Shown: in pieces, positions 1 through 11,710 of the stretch
Layout of the letters: every line of letters begins with the position of its first letter
How positions within the stretch are numbered: the first letter of the stretch is position 1
Assembly (NCBI GenBank): GCA_963732055.1
Contig: CAVSYG010000001.1
Location: 73,756-137,755 of the forward strand
DNA: 64,000 bases
DNA from: an uncultured Bacteroidota bacterium
GTDB taxonomy: Bacteria > Bacteroidota > Bacteroidia > Chitinophagales > Chitinophagaceae
Direction: 5' to 3'
Made by a program: the position numbers and the translations under genes
The notes under the pieces: model-generated
What the model saw: only the letters and a program-made list of their open reading frames with translations
Told to the model about the DNA's origin: nothing
Database searches by the model: none

Positions 1-1
1 A

Positions 2-805
2 AAAAAATTAGAAGGCCAGGTAGCCATCATTACCGGAGCGAGTAGCGGTATCGGAGCCGGCGTTGCCAAGTCTCTCTCGGCTTCGGGAGCGATTGTAGTT
101 ATTAATTATCCGGTGGCTCCCGTTAAGGATGCTGCGGAAGCTGTACTCGCAGAAATCGTGGCTGCTGGTGGAACCGGTATTACGGCCCTTTGTGATGTCA
201 GCAAGGAAGAAGAAGTGCAAAAGATGTTTTCCGATACCATTCAGAAATATGGAACTGTAGATATTCTGATTAACAATGCGGGGTTGCAGAGGGATTCACC
301 CTTTGATAAAATGACACTTGAACAATGGAATTATGTGATTTCCGTGAATCTCACAGGTCAATTTCTTTGCGCCAGGGAGGCCATCCGGGAGTTTCTGAAA
401 AGGGGAGTAGTTCCTGCGCGTTCCAAGTCCGCTGGAAAAATTATTCATATGAGTAGTGTGCATGAAGTGATTCCATGGGCAGGCCATGCCAATTATGCGG
501 CTTCCAAAGGCGGCATCCTGATGCTCATGAAGACGCTTGCACAGGAATATGCATGGAAAAAAATACGGGTCAACAGTATTTGTCCGGGAGCTATTCAAAC
601 ACCGATCAACCGATCAGCCTGGGATACTCCTGAAGCATTAAAGTCATTATTAACGCTGATTCCCTATCAGCGGATCGGTGAACCGGATGATATTGGTAAC
701 GCAGCTGTATGGCTATGCAGCGATGACAGCGATTATGTAAATGGAACTTCACTATTTGTGGATGGAGGAATGACATTATATCCCGGATTTACAACTAACG
801 GATAA
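2..805 (+). CDS. Short-chain dehydrogenase/reductase, glucose 1-dehydrogenase-like (5' end runs off the window)
   Basis: Frame is open from base 2 (KKLEGQVAIITGASSGIG, the TGxxxGxG NAD(P) motif), upstream of the track's start at 113. NNAG, YAASK (YxxxK) and C-terminal LFVDGG motifs are present. Confidence 0.92.
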   Translation, partial: KKLEGQVAIITGASSGIGAGVAKSLSASGAIVVINYPVAPVKDAAEAVLAEIVAAGGTGITALCDVSKEEEVQKMFSDTIQKYGTVDILINNAGLQRDSPFDKMTLEQWNYVISVNLTGQFLCAREAIREFLKRGVVPARSKSAGKIIHMSSVHEVIPWAGHANYAASKGGILMLMKTLAQEYAWKKIRVNSICPGAIQTPINRSAWDTPEALKSLLTLIPYQRIGEPDDIGNAAVWLCSDDSDYVNGTSLFVDGGMTLYPGFTTNG

Positions 806-808
806 GAA

Positions 809-3458
809 ATGATGAATCCCGAACAAGCCCGTATTGATAAACCACTTTGGAAAAAGTGGGGGCCCTATATGACCGACCGTCAGTGGGGAACGGTACGTGA
901 GGACTATAGCGGAAACGGAGCCGCATGGGAATTTGTCAGTCACGATATGGCCAGGAGCAAAGCTTATCGGTGGGGTGAGGAAGGAATTGCGGGTATTTGC
1001 GATGAACAGCAATTCCTCTGTTTCGCTATTGCCCTGTGGAATAAAAAGGATCCGATTTTAAAAGAAAGATATTTCGGACTCACCGGTAATGAGGGCAATC
1101 ACGGGGAAGACGTAAAAGAATGTTATTATTATTTGGATAGCACGCCCACGCATTCTTATATGAAGATGCTGTACAAATATCCGCATTCGGAATTTCCCTA
1201 TCAGCAACTGATCGATGAAAATAAAAAGAGAGGTAAAAACGAAACGGAATTTGAGTTGTTGGATACCGGCATCTTCAATCAGGATCAATATTTTGACATT
1301 TTCATCGAGTATGCAAAAAATGACCCGGAAGATATCCTGGTTAAGATCACGATTTTTAATCGTTCTTCGGAAGAAGCCAGCCTCAATATTTTACCCACCA
1401 TCTGGTTTCGCAATACCTGGGCCTGGGGTTATGATTCTTATAAGCCGGTTCTTACAATGTTGGACCCGTCTTCTATTCATATTAGTCATCAGAAATATGG
1501 CGATTATTTTCTCTATTGCGACGGGTCACCTGAGTTAGTTTTTACGGATAATGAAAGCAACAACGAAAAACTATATGCAGTAAAAGGACTACCCGGATAT
1601 TTCAAAGACGGAATCAATAATTATATTGTCCAGGGAGATTTATCAGTTAATCCATCGATGAGCGGCACGAAGGCCACTGCCAATTATGACGTAGTAGTAC
1701 CAGGTGGCCGATCTGCCATCATTTCGCTTCGTTTATCAAAAACAGAAAATAAAATACCTTTTGAATCTTTCAATTCGATTTTCACGCAAAGAAAAAAGGA
1801 GGCTGACTTATTTTATGGCGAAATACAGCAAGGAATCGAATCGGAGGATGCCCGGAATGTTCAGCGTCAGGCTTTCGCTGGTCTTTTATGGAGCAAGCAG
1901 TTTTATTATTTCAACATACATCAATGGCTGAAAGGTGACCCGGCGCAGCCTGAACCACCGGCCGAACGAAAAAAGGGAAGAAACCGGGAGTGGAGACATC
2001 TGAATAATTCGAGTATTATCAGTATGCCCGATAAATGGGAATATCCCTGGTTTGCTGCCTGGGATTTATGTTTTCATGCCGTTGCTTTCATGCCGATAGA
2101 TCCAGACTTTTCAAAGAATCAGTTATTACTTCTTACAAAAGAATGGTATATGCATCCCAACGGGCAGATGCCTGCATATGAGTGGAATTTTGGAGATGTA
2201 AATCCGCCCGTTCAGGCATGGGCTTCCTGGCGCGTTTACCGTGGCGAACAAAGATTTCATAAAAAAACGGGAGACAGGAGTTTTCTGGAAGCCATGTTTC
2301 ATAAACTATCACTCAATTTTACCTGGTGGGTGAATCGTAAAGACGAAGCAGGAAATAATCTTTTTGAGGGCGGATTTCTGGGACTGGATAATATTGGTGT
2401 TTTTGACAGAAATCAAACACTTCCACCGGGTGTTTCGCTTGCCCAATCCGATGGTACGAGCTGGATGGCGATGTATTCACTTAACATGATGCGTATCGCG
2501 TTGGAACTGGCAAAGGAAAATCCTGTATATCAGGATATGGCCACAAAATTTTTTGAACATTTCCTGTATATAGCTGAAGCCATGTTTAAAAATGGCGTAA
2601 AAGAGGAAGGGCTTTGGGATAGTGAAGATGAGTTTTATTATGATATGTTATATAGCGATGACGGCAGATCACTGAGTCTGAAACTCCGTTCAATGGTCGG
2701 ACTGATTCCGCTGTTTGCTGTAGAAGTTTTGGAAGATGACATTTTTTTACAGCAGAAAGAATTTGTAAGCAGGCTGAATTGGTTCCTGGATCACCGGCCT
2801 GATCTGGCTTCCCTTGTTTCCCGTTGGAATGAAAAAAATCCGGGTGAAAAACATTTGCTTTCGCTTTTACGCGGTAAAAGACTCACAAAAATATTGGTCA
2901 GGATGCTGGATGAATCTGAATTTCTTTCTCCCTATGGTATCCGATCCTTAAGTAAATGCCATGAGGCAAACCCTTTTGCCATTTCCCTGCAAGGGCAAAT
3001 CCTGACAGCACGCTATACTCCCGCCGAAGGGGATAGTTTTATGTTTGGCGGGAATTCGAATTGGCGCGGGCCGATCTGGATGCCGATGAATTATCTGATC
3101 CTGGAATCTCTCAGGCGGTTTTATCAATATTATGGGGATGACTTTAAAGTGGAATATCCAACACATTCAGGAAACTACATGAACCTTTTTACAATTTTTA
3201 TAGAATTGGCAAAACGTATGACCCGTATTTTTTTAAGGGATGAAAATGGAAGACGGGCCGTATTTGACGGGAATGAAGAAACTGCAAACCGATCCGCATT
3301 TTAAAGATTATATCTTATTTTATGAATACTTTCATGGAGATTCAGGAAGAGGTGTTGGAGCATCACATCAGACAGGCTGGACTGCATTAATTGCCAGATT
3401 ATTATTCCCGATGGAAAATGAAGAAAAATGGAAGTTCGCAGAATTAAAAATTAAATAG
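809..3458 (+). CDS. MGH1-like/GH63-related glycoside hydrolase (glucosidase), interrupted by a +1 frameshift near 3275
   Basis: Motifs [45 protein letters not shown] and [11 protein letters not shown]. The family C-terminus [23 protein letters not shown] lies in the next frame (ORF 3240..3458). Confidence 0.85.
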
Positions 3459-3467
3459 CCATTATAT

Positions 3468-4543
3468 ATGAATGACCCCGAACAAACCAAATCCTTCACT
3501 GCCAGATCCAGACAGATTATTCATTTAGCCGTTCAAATGTTGGCTCTGGCATTTCTATTCATATGGTGTTTTCAAATATTGGCCCCATTTATTACTCCCG
3601 TCATCTGGGCCGCCATCCTGGCGGTTTCTATGTTTCCCCTGCATCAGAAACTAAAAAGGTTATTAAAGGGCAGGGGCGTATTAGCCGCCATCCTGATGAC
3701 TGCATTTTTCCTGTTTTTTTTTATTTCTGTTATCAGTTGGCTGGGTTTCAGAACAGGCACAGAAATAAAAGATAAAATATCCAATTTCCAGGAAGGAAAA
3801 CTGAAGATACCGCCGCCCTCGGAAAAAGTGAAAGACTGGCCTCTGGTTGGAAATAAAATATTCCAGGCCTGGACTCAGTTATCCAGGGGGGTGGAGAATT
3901 TCCTTCAACAATATCCCGAGCAGATCAAAAGTGCAGGCAACTACGTTCTCGAGATGGTAACTTCTTCGGGTAAGGCTATATTATTTTTTTTACTGTCCAT
4001 TATAATAAGTGGTGTATTGCTTTGCTATTCTGCGGAGTCGGCAGAATATGCCAGGAAGTTTTTCAGCAGGTTAATAAACAGTTCCCAATTTGATATCAGT
4101 TCGATAGCGGCGGTTACCATCCGGAATGTCGTTCGGGGTATTCTGGGTGTTTCACTGATTCAGAGCCTTTGTGCCGGTGCCGGATTTTTTATTGCCGGTA
4201 TCCCATATGCTGGCATTTGGACGCTTTTATGTCTTATACTTGCCATTATTCAAGTCGGTATTATGCCGGTTACACTGGGCGTGCTGATTTATATATGGAC
4301 AACTGGTAATACAACAACAGCGATCCTGCTTACGATCTGGATGATACCGGTAGGACTGCTGGATAATATATTGAAACCGATTATGATGGGAAAAGGGGCA
4401 CCCGTTCCGATGCTTATCATTTTCCTTGGTTCGCTCGGGAGGATTTATATATTCCGGATTCGTCGGGTTTATTCACGGGAGCCGTCATTCTTTCTCTCGG
4501 ATACAGATTATTTGATGTATGGTTGAAGGAGGCTGAATTATGA
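3468..4543 (+). CDS. AI-2E family (PerM-like) inner-membrane transporter, +1 frameshift near 4440
   Basis: Polytopic hydrophobic protein with DNILKPIMMGKG and PMLIIFLGSLG. The expected continuation GFIYSGFVGLFTGAVILSLGYRLF reads in the shifted frame to TGA at 4541-4543. Confidence 0.85.
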
Positions 4544-4657
4544 TATAAATTCACATTTCCAAGAGTCTGGTACTTGTCCATTTTGATTTAACGGATAAAT
4601 GGGGGAAACCGATTTTTGTTTTGATTAATAAAGATATCTTTAATTAAAATCTTCTGC

Positions 4658-5806
4658 ATGCCCCGAAATTTAGCGAAGGGACTAATGGCCGGTTGTCTTT
4701 TGATACTTATCAGTTCCTGTAAAGAAGAAGAAAAAAAACCCGAAGTTTCTCCGGAAGTGAACGTCGTCGTTGCCGGAAAGGATAATATTCCTGTATATAA
4801 TGAGTATGTCGGAGAGGTTTATGGCCTTTCGGATGTGAATATAGATCCCCGGGTTCAGGGTTGGATAACGGGCATTTACTTTAAGGAAGGGTCCCTGGTT
4901 CAAAAGGGAAGTCTGTTATATACCATCGACGACCAGCCTTTTCTTAATTCGGTAGACGCTGCCAAGGCTGAAGTGGCGAGAACACAGACGCTTATGGAGA
5001 ATAAGCGTTCTGAACTCGACAGGGTAAAACCACTGGCTGAAATGAATGCACTGAGTCAGCGTGATCTGGATGATGCGAAAGCTTCTTATGCTGCAGCTCA
5101 AAACGAGGTGCAAATCGCTACTTCCAGACTGGCTAATGCACAAATTGAATTGGGTTATACCCGGATCACAGCGCCAATCACCGGAATCATCGGTATATCC
5201 AAGGTGCAGATCGGTGATTACGTCAAGCAGGTTTCCGCAGGTAACGGTATCAATGCGATTTCATCTCTGGGTGATGTCAGGGTTCGTTTTCCGATCTCAG
5301 AAAACGATTACCTGAATTTTCAGCGCGAATACAAGAAAGATCCCAAATCCAATAATTTTCGCGATGTTCCGGTGGAACTTATTTTGGGCGATGGTACTGT
5401 TTTCGGTGAAAAAGGAAATTTGCAATTAACCAACCGCCAGATAGATCCAAATACCGGATCTATCCTGATCCAGGCCTTATTTAAAAACAGTTCTGGTGTA
5501 CTAAGACCCGGACAGTATGTTAAGGTCAGGTTCAGGAGCGGTGAATTCAAAAATGCGATACTGATCCCTCAGCAGTCTGTCAACCAGCTTCAGAATGTCT
5601 TTCAGGTTTTTTTACTTACAGATAGTAATAAATTAAAGCCAACGCTGATCAAAGTGGGTAGCCGGGTGGGGAGCAACTGGATCGTCACTGACGGGATTAA
5701 AGAAGGAGACAAAATTGTCATAGTTGGAAGTACCTTTTTAAATCCAACAATGGTAGTCAAACCGGTCATGTTAAAATGGAACTATGATTCCACGTCGAAG
5801 GAATGA
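4658..5806 (+). CDS. RND efflux periplasmic adaptor (membrane fusion protein), lipoprotein
   Basis: Lipobox-like ISSC, lipoyl halves (PRVQGWI..EGSLVQKG; TRITAPITGIIG), DPNTGS and LRPGQYV motifs. Lies directly upstream of an RND permease. Confidence 0.93.
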   Translation: MPRNLAKGLMAGCLLILISSCKEEEKKPEVSPEVNVVVAGKDNIPVYNEYVGEVYGLSDVNIDPRVQGWITGIYFKEGSLVQKGSLLYTIDDQPFLNSVDAAKAEVARTQTLMENKRSELDRVKPLAEMNALSQRDLDDAKASYAAAQNEVQIATSRLANAQIELGYTRITAPITGIIGISKVQIGDYVKQVSAGNGINAISSLGDVRVRFPISENDYLNFQREYKKDPKSNNFRDVPVELILGDGTVFGEKGNLQLTNRQIDPNTGSILIQALFKNSSGVLRPGQYVKVRFRSGEFKNAILIPQQSVNQLQNVFQVFLLTDSNKLKPTLIKVGSRVGSNWIVTDGIKEGDKIVIVGSTFLNPTMVVKPVMLKWNYDSTSKE

Positions 5807-5839
5807 AGATCCAGTATAAAAAAGTTCCAACTATAATTT

Positions 5840-8800
5840 ATGAGTGAGTTTTTTATCAGGAGGCCGATCGTTGCAATGGTAATATCCATTTTTACCATTA
5901 TCCTGGGTGTTTTGATTCTAAAAGGAGTACCCATTTCACAATACCCGAGCATTACACCTCCGATGATCAAAATCACCGGTACTTACAGTGGAGCCAATGC
6001 TGTGAATGTGGAACAATCCGTCGCTACGCCGATTGAACAGGAGGTGAACGGAGTTGAAAACATGATATATATGCAATCCATCAACGCCAATGATGGAAGC
6101 ACAACCATCCAGGTTTCCTTTGAAGTAGGAACTAACCTGGATAATGCCAATATGCTGACGCAGAACCGGGTTGCCATTGCGACGCCCAGTCTGCCTGGCC
6201 CCGTAAAAGAACTGGGAATAAGCACCAAGAAATCTCTGGCATTTCCTATGATGATTGTGTCATTGTATTCACCCAACAATACTTATAATGCGCAATTCAT
6301 AAATAATTATTCCTATATCAATGTCGTCGATCAGATTAAACGCCTGAAAGGGGTGGGGGATGTGGTTGTTTTCGGTGCAGCCCAGTACGCAATGCGTATC
6401 TGGCTAAAACCTGACCGAATGAATACTCTGGGTATTTCGGTGGAAGATGTAACCAACGCATTAAAAGTTTACAATAATATTTATCCAGGTGGATCTTTTG
6501 GTAATAACCCGGCACTTCCGGGAATACAAAATACCTATACAGCCCAGTTACAATCGAGGCTGGTGAGTGTTGAAGCATTCAACCGGATCATACTGAAATC
6601 CAATGCAAGCGGAGCATTGGTCAGACTTAGTGATATTGCAAGAGTAGAACTGGGAACTGAAAATTATTCGCAATCCTGTCGTTATAACGGCCGGAATGCA
6701 TCGGCTATCACGATCTACCAGGTTCCTGGCAGTAATGCACTTGACCTGGCCGCCAGTATACGGAAGACCATGGCGGAACTAAAACAAAATTTTCCGGATG
6801 ATCTCGATTATACATATTCATTAGACACGACACTGGCAGTCAGCGCGGGCGTTGATGAAATTATGCATACCCTGGTCGAGGCGCTTATATTGGTTATTCT
6901 CGTCGTATTTATATTCTTACAGGACTGGCGCGCCACCCTGATCCCTTTGTTGACAGTTCCGGTATCCCTTATCGGTACTTTTATATTTTTCCCGCTGCTT
7001 GGATTTTCAGTGAATGTGTTGTCCCTGTTGGGGATGGTTCTGGCAATCGGGCTCGTGGTGGACGATGCTATTGTAGTGGTAGAAGCTGTAATGCATGAAA
7101 TTGAGCATGGGTTAAGTCCGAAAGAGGCTACAAGTAAAGCGATGAAAGAAGTGGCCGGACCAGTCGTAGCTATTGCCATTGTTCTTTCAGCCGTATTTAT
7201 TCCTGTTGCTCTGACGGGTGGTATTACCGGAAGATTATATCAGCAATTTGCGATTACCATCGCAGTTTCTGTGCTTTTGTCTGCCTTCAATGCGCTTACT
7301 CTGAGTCCGGCGTTGGCGGCGCTGCTCCTTCGTCCAAAAAAAGAAGGAAAGAAAAAGAATTTGCTGGAACGCTTCTTCGGATCATTCAACAGGGGATTTG
7401 ACAAATTTACAAACGGGTATACCAGGGTGGCAGGTTTCTTCGCGAGAAAATTAATCGTCTCGCTCATTATTCTTGGTATTATCACGGTGGCTGCCGGCTC
7501 CCTGCTGAAAAAAGTACCCGGAGGATTTGTTCCGGAAGAAGATGAGGGATATTTTCTCATGGGGGCGTTACTTCCCGATGCAGCTTCTTCTGAAAGAACA
7601 GACTCCCTCACGCGTAAATTAGAAGCTATAATCAAACAAATACCGGAAATTCAATCTTTTACGGTCATTAACGGATATAGTATACTCTCAAGCACCAATT
7701 CAAATAATTCCGGGACTGTTTTTGTACAACTGGCGCCATGGCATGACAGAAAAAGGACATCAAAAGAAGTGATCAGGGAATTGAATCAAAAATGCGCCGT
7801 GGGAATAACGGAAGGAACGATTATCGCCGTGAGCCCTCCGCCCATTCCGGGTTTGGGTAATGCGGCAGGATTCACATTAGAAATCCAGGACAGGTCAGGG
7901 CAATCTCCAACCTTTCTCGGAGATCAGGCGCAGAAATTTATTCTGGCGGCCAGAAAACATCCGGAAATTGGAAGTATTTATACCCTGTTTCGTCCAAATG
8001 TTCCCCAGAAAAGTATCATTATCGATAAGGATAAAGTAGAAAAACTCGGCTTGAGCCTGAATTCTGTAAATAGTGCCATTTCAAGCCTTTTGGGAAGTTC
8101 CTTTGTAAATAACTTTAATGAATTCGGCAGGCAGTACAAGACCTATATTATGGCCGATGCACCTTTCAGAATGAAACCCAGTGACCTCAGCCAGTTTTCC
8201 ATCCGCGATCCGAATGGTAATATGGTCCCGCTTTCAACGCTTGCAATTGTCAGAGATACCGTTGGCCCATTGTATACAAACCGGTTTAATCTTTACCGTT
8301 CAGCCGAAGTTTCCGGATCGCCGGCACCTGGATATTCGTCCTCGCAGGCATTGGATGCATTGGCTCAGGCGGCAAATGAATCCTTACCAAAAGGGGTGGG
8401 GTTTGCATACAGTAATATGTCTTTTCAGGAAAAAGCAGCTGAAGGCCAGAGTGGATTTGTATTTATCATGGCGCTTGTCTTTGTATTTTTTATCCTGGCC
8501 GCCCAGTACGAAAGCTGGACGCTGCCCTTTAGCGTATTGCTGGGTACTCCATGGGCGATTATGGGTGCCATGCTGGGATTGTTTTTAAGCCGGTTATCTT
8601 CGGATAGTTATGTAAATAATGTATTTGCGCAAATCGGACTTGTTATGCTGATCGGATTAAATGCAAAAAATGCCATCCTGATCGTGGAATTTGCAAAAAT
8701 GAAACTTGAGGAAGGTGGTATGACGGTCATGGAAGCGGCGATTGCAGGTGCGAAATTGAGATTCAGGCCCATCCTGATGACATCTTTTGCATTTATACTG

Positions 8801-9004
8801 GGAGTGATTCCACTGGTACGTGCGTCGGGAGCAGGCTCTGAGTCCAGAAAGGTAATGGGCATGGCGGTGTTCAGCGGGATGATTACAGCTACCGCACTCG
8901 GCGTTATCCTGATTCCGGCTTTTTTTGTATTGATTGAAAGAAAGAAGAAAATAAAGGCCAAAGCAGAAGAAACGAAATCATCCGATTCAAACCAACATGT
9001 ATAA
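5840..9004 (+). CDS. RND efflux permease (HAE1/AcrB-like)
   Basis: 1054 aa. Starts MSEFFIRRPIVAMV; carries proton-relay motifs AIGLVVDDAIVVVE, GLNAKNAILIVEFA and LRFRPILMTS. Confidence 0.96.
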   Translation: MSEFFIRRPIVAMVISIFTIILGVLILKGVPISQYPSITPPMIKITGTYSGANAVNVEQSVATPIEQEVNGVENMIYMQSINANDGSTTIQVSFEVGTNLDNANMLTQNRVAIATPSLPGPVKELGISTKKSLAFPMMIVSLYSPNNTYNAQFINNYSYINVVDQIKRLKGVGDVVVFGAAQYAMRIWLKPDRMNTLGISVEDVTNALKVYNNIYPGGSFGNNPALPGIQNTYTAQLQSRLVSVEAFNRIILKSNASGALVRLSDIARVELGTENYSQSCRYNGRNASAITIYQVPGSNALDLAASIRKTMAELKQNFPDDLDYTYSLDTTLAVSAGVDEIMHTLVEALILVILVVFIFLQDWRATLIPLLTVPVSLIGTFIFFPLLGFSVNVLSLLGMVLAIGLVVDDAIVVVEAVMHEIEHGLSPKEATSKAMKEVAGPVVAIAIVLSAVFIPVALTGGITGRLYQQFAITIAVSVLLSAFNALTLSPALAALLLRPKKEGKKKNLLERFFGSFNRGFDKFTNGYTRVAGFFARKLIVSLIILGIITVAAGSLLKKVPGGFVPEEDEGYFLMGALLPDAASSERTDSLTRKLEAIIKQIPEIQSFTVINGYSILSSTNSNNSGTVFVQLAPWHDRKRTSKEVIRELNQKCAVGITEGTIIAVSPPPIPGLGNAAGFTLEIQDRSGQSPTFLGDQAQKFILAARKHPEIGSIYTLFRPNVPQKSIIIDKDKVEKLGLSLNSVNSAISSLLGSSFVNNFNEFGRQYKTYIMADAPFRMKPSDLSQFSIRDPNGNMVPLSTLAIVRDTVGPLYTNRFNLYRSAEVSGSPAPGYSSSQALDALAQAANESLPKGVGFAYSNMSFQEKAAEGQSGFVFIMALVFVFFILAAQYESWTLPFSVLLGTPWAIMGAMLGLFLSRLSSDSYVNNVFAQIGLVMLIGLNAKNAILIVEFAKMKLEEGGMTVMEAAIAGAKLRFRPILMTSFAFILGVIPLVRASGAGSESRKVMGMAVFSGMITATALGVILIPAFFVLIERKKKIKAKAEETKSSDSNQHV

Positions 9005-9008
9005 GAGA

Positions 9009-10394
9009 ATGAAAAGGAAAGGAACATATGGATTGCTGGTCTTGGCTGTTTTACTATTCGCCAGTTGTATGGTCGGGAAAAAATACGAGAAGCCGACAAC
9101 TCCATCAGGTATTAGCTACCCGAATGCTACAAACTCGGATACGTCTTCTCTGGCAACCTGGTTTGCGATCTATCATGATACGGCATTGCAAACCCTGATT
9201 AAAATGGCCATCGATAGTAACCGGGATTTGCTCGCTGCGGCTTCGCGTATGCAGGAGGCCCTCGCATTATCTGGTGCAGTGAAGGCCAATATGCATCCTA
9301 AGCTAAGCTATCAGGCTCAAGGAGGTGGCGGCAAAGCAGGTTCCGATGCAACCAAGGTAGTTGGCGGTGTAGATGGAGGTCTGTTGAATGTATTTGGTGT
9401 GTTAAGCTGGGAGCTTGATATCTGGGGTAAACTGCGTCTTCAGACTCAGTCGGCTGAGGACGAATTTCTGGCAAGTCAGGCCAACCGGGATGCCTTACAG
9501 GTAAGTTTAGTAGCCGAAGTGGCCACTGACTACTTTTTGCTGCGGGATCTGGATAACAAGATAAAGATTTCAGAGAGCACACTGGAGGGAAGGAAACAAA
9601 ACACAAAGATTATTTCAGATAAATTCCAACACGGATATGTTTCTGAATTGGACCTGCTGCAGGCGCAACAACAGGAAGCGATTGCGGCAGCCTCTGTTCC
9701 AGGGTTCCGTCGTCAAATGATTCAGACTGAAAATGCAATCCGCGTACTAACGGGACTGGGACCCGGTCATGTAGTGCGTGGTGCAAATAACTATGATCAG
9801 ATATTATCTCCGGATATACCGGTTGGCCTGCCTTCCCAGTTGCTGGAAAGAAGGCCGGATATTGTCGCATCCGAATTTGCACTGCAGGCCCAGTTTGCAA
9901 GAATTGGTGTGGCCCAGGCAAACCGTTTTCCAACGATCAGTTTAACCGGAGTTCTTGGATTTGCCAGTCCGCAGTTATCTACACTTCTCACCAGTAATGG
10001 TTTTGTCGCCAATGGATTCGGATCGCTGGTGGGCCCACTGTTCAACTGGGGTCAGAATAAGAAACTGGTTGAGGTAGAAAAAAGAAGAACTGAACAATTA
10101 TTCTATCAATATGAGCAAACTGCATTAAATGCTTTTTCCGATGTCGATAATGCACTGGCTGCATACAGGAACCTGGATGAAGAAGACAAGGCAAGAAAAA
10201 TCCAGGTTGCCGCTGCTACAAAAGCGCTTACGCTTTCACAGGCCCGATATGATAACGGATATACGTCCTATCTGGAAGTAATCATCATGCAAACAAATTT
10301 ATTTGATGCCCAGCTGCTGGAATCCACAACTACTCAGCAAAAATTGAATTCTATCGTCTCTCTTTATAAAGCACTCGGTGGTGGATGGAACTAA
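9009..10394 (+). CDS. Outer-membrane efflux lipoprotein (NodT/OprM/TolC family)
   Basis: Lipobox LFASC, SWELDIWGKLR, GLPSQLLERRPDI and the C-terminal LYKALGGGW. ATG 9009 is preferred over the track's 8997. Confidence 0.94.
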   Translation: MKRKGTYGLLVLAVLLFASCMVGKKYEKPTTPSGISYPNATNSDTSSLATWFAIYHDTALQTLIKMAIDSNRDLLAAASRMQEALALSGAVKANMHPKLSYQAQGGGGKAGSDATKVVGGVDGGLLNVFGVLSWELDIWGKLRLQTQSAEDEFLASQANRDALQVSLVAEVATDYFLLRDLDNKIKISESTLEGRKQNTKIISDKFQHGYVSELDLLQAQQQEAIAAASVPGFRRQMIQTENAIRVLTGLGPGHVVRGANNYDQILSPDIPVGLPSQLLERRPDIVASEFALQAQFARIGVAQANRFPTISLTGVLGFASPQLSTLLTSNGFVANGFGSLVGPLFNWGQNKKLVEVEKRRTEQLFYQYEQTALNAFSDVDNALAAYRNLDEEDKARKIQVAAATKALTLSQARYDNGYTSYLEVIIMQTNLFDAQLLESTTTQQKLNSIVSLYKALGGGWN

Positions 10395-10407
10395 TTTAAA
10401 TATTTAT

Positions 10408-11202
10408 ATGCACCCCGGCCATTTTGATTTAATACCAGCTTTTTACCTTGCGGTCCCTTTTTTATTTTTACTGATCCTGGTTAACTATCTGGGATATCGG
10501 TTTAAAGGATATCATATCAGAAAATTCCCGGGAATTGAACATGTAGGTATCGGACCTACAGAAGGATCCCTGCTTGGTTTAACGGCGCTTTTGCTTTCCT
10601 TTACTTTTGGTATGTCGGCCACAAAATATGAAACACGCCGGCAGCATATTGTTTCTGAAACCAATTATATAGGTACATCCATCTTACGGTGTGATTTGTA
10701 TCCCGACAGTGTGCGGAATCTTTTAAGATCCGACTTCAAAAATTACCTGGAAACAAGAATTGCCTATTACAACGTGGGAGACGACGAAGAGATGATTAAA
10801 AAAACGCTGGAGCAGTCAGATTCTATTTCAACCATTATCTGGAAACGGGTTGCAGTACTTTCGCATGATTTGAATAATCGTGTCGCCAGCGAACAAATGG
10901 TTCCTTCCCTAAATTCGATGATTGATATCACAACAACCCGGGAATCGGCGCGGAGATCTACAGTACCATCAATGATTTTAATTGTTTTGTGTACTTTAAT
11001 TATTGTGTCTGCCTTTCTTTCCGGTTATGGAAGCAAAAGCCTTGAAAGAAATAAAGTGCTGGTGCTTGCCTTTGCATTGGTAACTACTTTGGCTCTTTAT
11101 CTGGTTGTTGATTTGGACAAGCCCCGCCAGGGATTTGTAAATCTGGATGCTACTGAGCAGCTAATGGTCAATCTGAGAACCCTTTTCACAGAACACCCAT
11201 AG
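10408..11202 (+). CDS. Membrane protein, DUF4239-like
   Basis: Four hydrophobic segments with LGLTALLLSFTF..A..YETRR...E.N.IGT and LVVDLDKPRQG, matching my recollection of the DUF4239 pattern. Start at ATG 10408 is inferred. Confidence 0.6.
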   Translation: MHPGHFDLIPAFYLAVPFLFLLILVNYLGYRFKGYHIRKFPGIEHVGIGPTEGSLLGLTALLLSFTFGMSATKYETRRQHIVSETNYIGTSILRCDLYPDSVRNLLRSDFKNYLETRIAYYNVGDDEEMIKKTLEQSDSISTIIWKRVAVLSHDLNNRVASEQMVPSLNSMIDITTTRESARRSTVPSMILIVLCTLIIVSAFLSGYGSKSLERNKVLVLAFALVTTLALYLVVDLDKPRQGFVNLDATEQLMVNLRTLFTEHP

Positions 11203-11254
11203 CTTATTGAATCATTATTTTTGGTATATTTTTAGGAATTTTAAAATCTGAATT

Positions 11255-11710
11255 TTGGAACTGATTCCTGTTCTGGAGCGTATGGATGAAAATCCGGAAT
11301 TTGTAAATAACCCACGCTGCCAGGAAAGCCTGCAGATGACGGTTGACTTTTATAAAAAGACAGGATTCTCGCGCCCATGGATCGGTTATTACGTAAAGGA
11401 AAATGAAATGCTGGTAGGATCTGCCGGATTTAAAGGAAAGCCGGTTAACGGGCAGATTGAAATAGCTTATGGCACATTTGAAGAATTCAGAAACCAGGGA
11501 GTCGGAACTAAAATTTGTAAGATATTAGTGAATCTTTCTTTGCGAACAGATCCAGCCATCCGGATTACCGCCAGGACATTGCCTGAGAATAACTATTCGG
11601 CCAGGATCCTTCAGAAAAACAAATTTCACTTTATAGGGAATGTTACAGATCCTGAAGACGGGGATGTTTGGGAATGGGAATATAAATCCGGTATTGAAAA
11701 TGAAATATAG
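11255..11710 (+). CDS. GNAT family N-acetyltransferase (RimJ/RimL-like)
   Basis: VGSAGFKG..VNGQIEIAYG..EEFRNQGVGT (motif A) and NNYSARILQKNKF. TTG start. Confidence 0.85.
   Translation: MELIPVLERMDENPEFVNNPRCQESLQMTVDFYKKTGFSRPWIGYYVKENEMLVGSAGFKGKPVNGQIEIAYGTFEEFRNQGVGTKICKILVNLSLRTDPAIRITARTLPENNYSARILQKNKFHFIGNVTDPEDGDVWEWEYKSGIENEI

Noticed and set aside
5983-9105. Antisense and alternate-frame ORFs within the RND permease (e.g. 6808..7179, 7240..7635, 8608..9105)
   Set aside because: Shadow ORFs of a well-conserved gene, with no recognisable motifs. The same applies to the many short overlapping ORFs elsewhere in the track.
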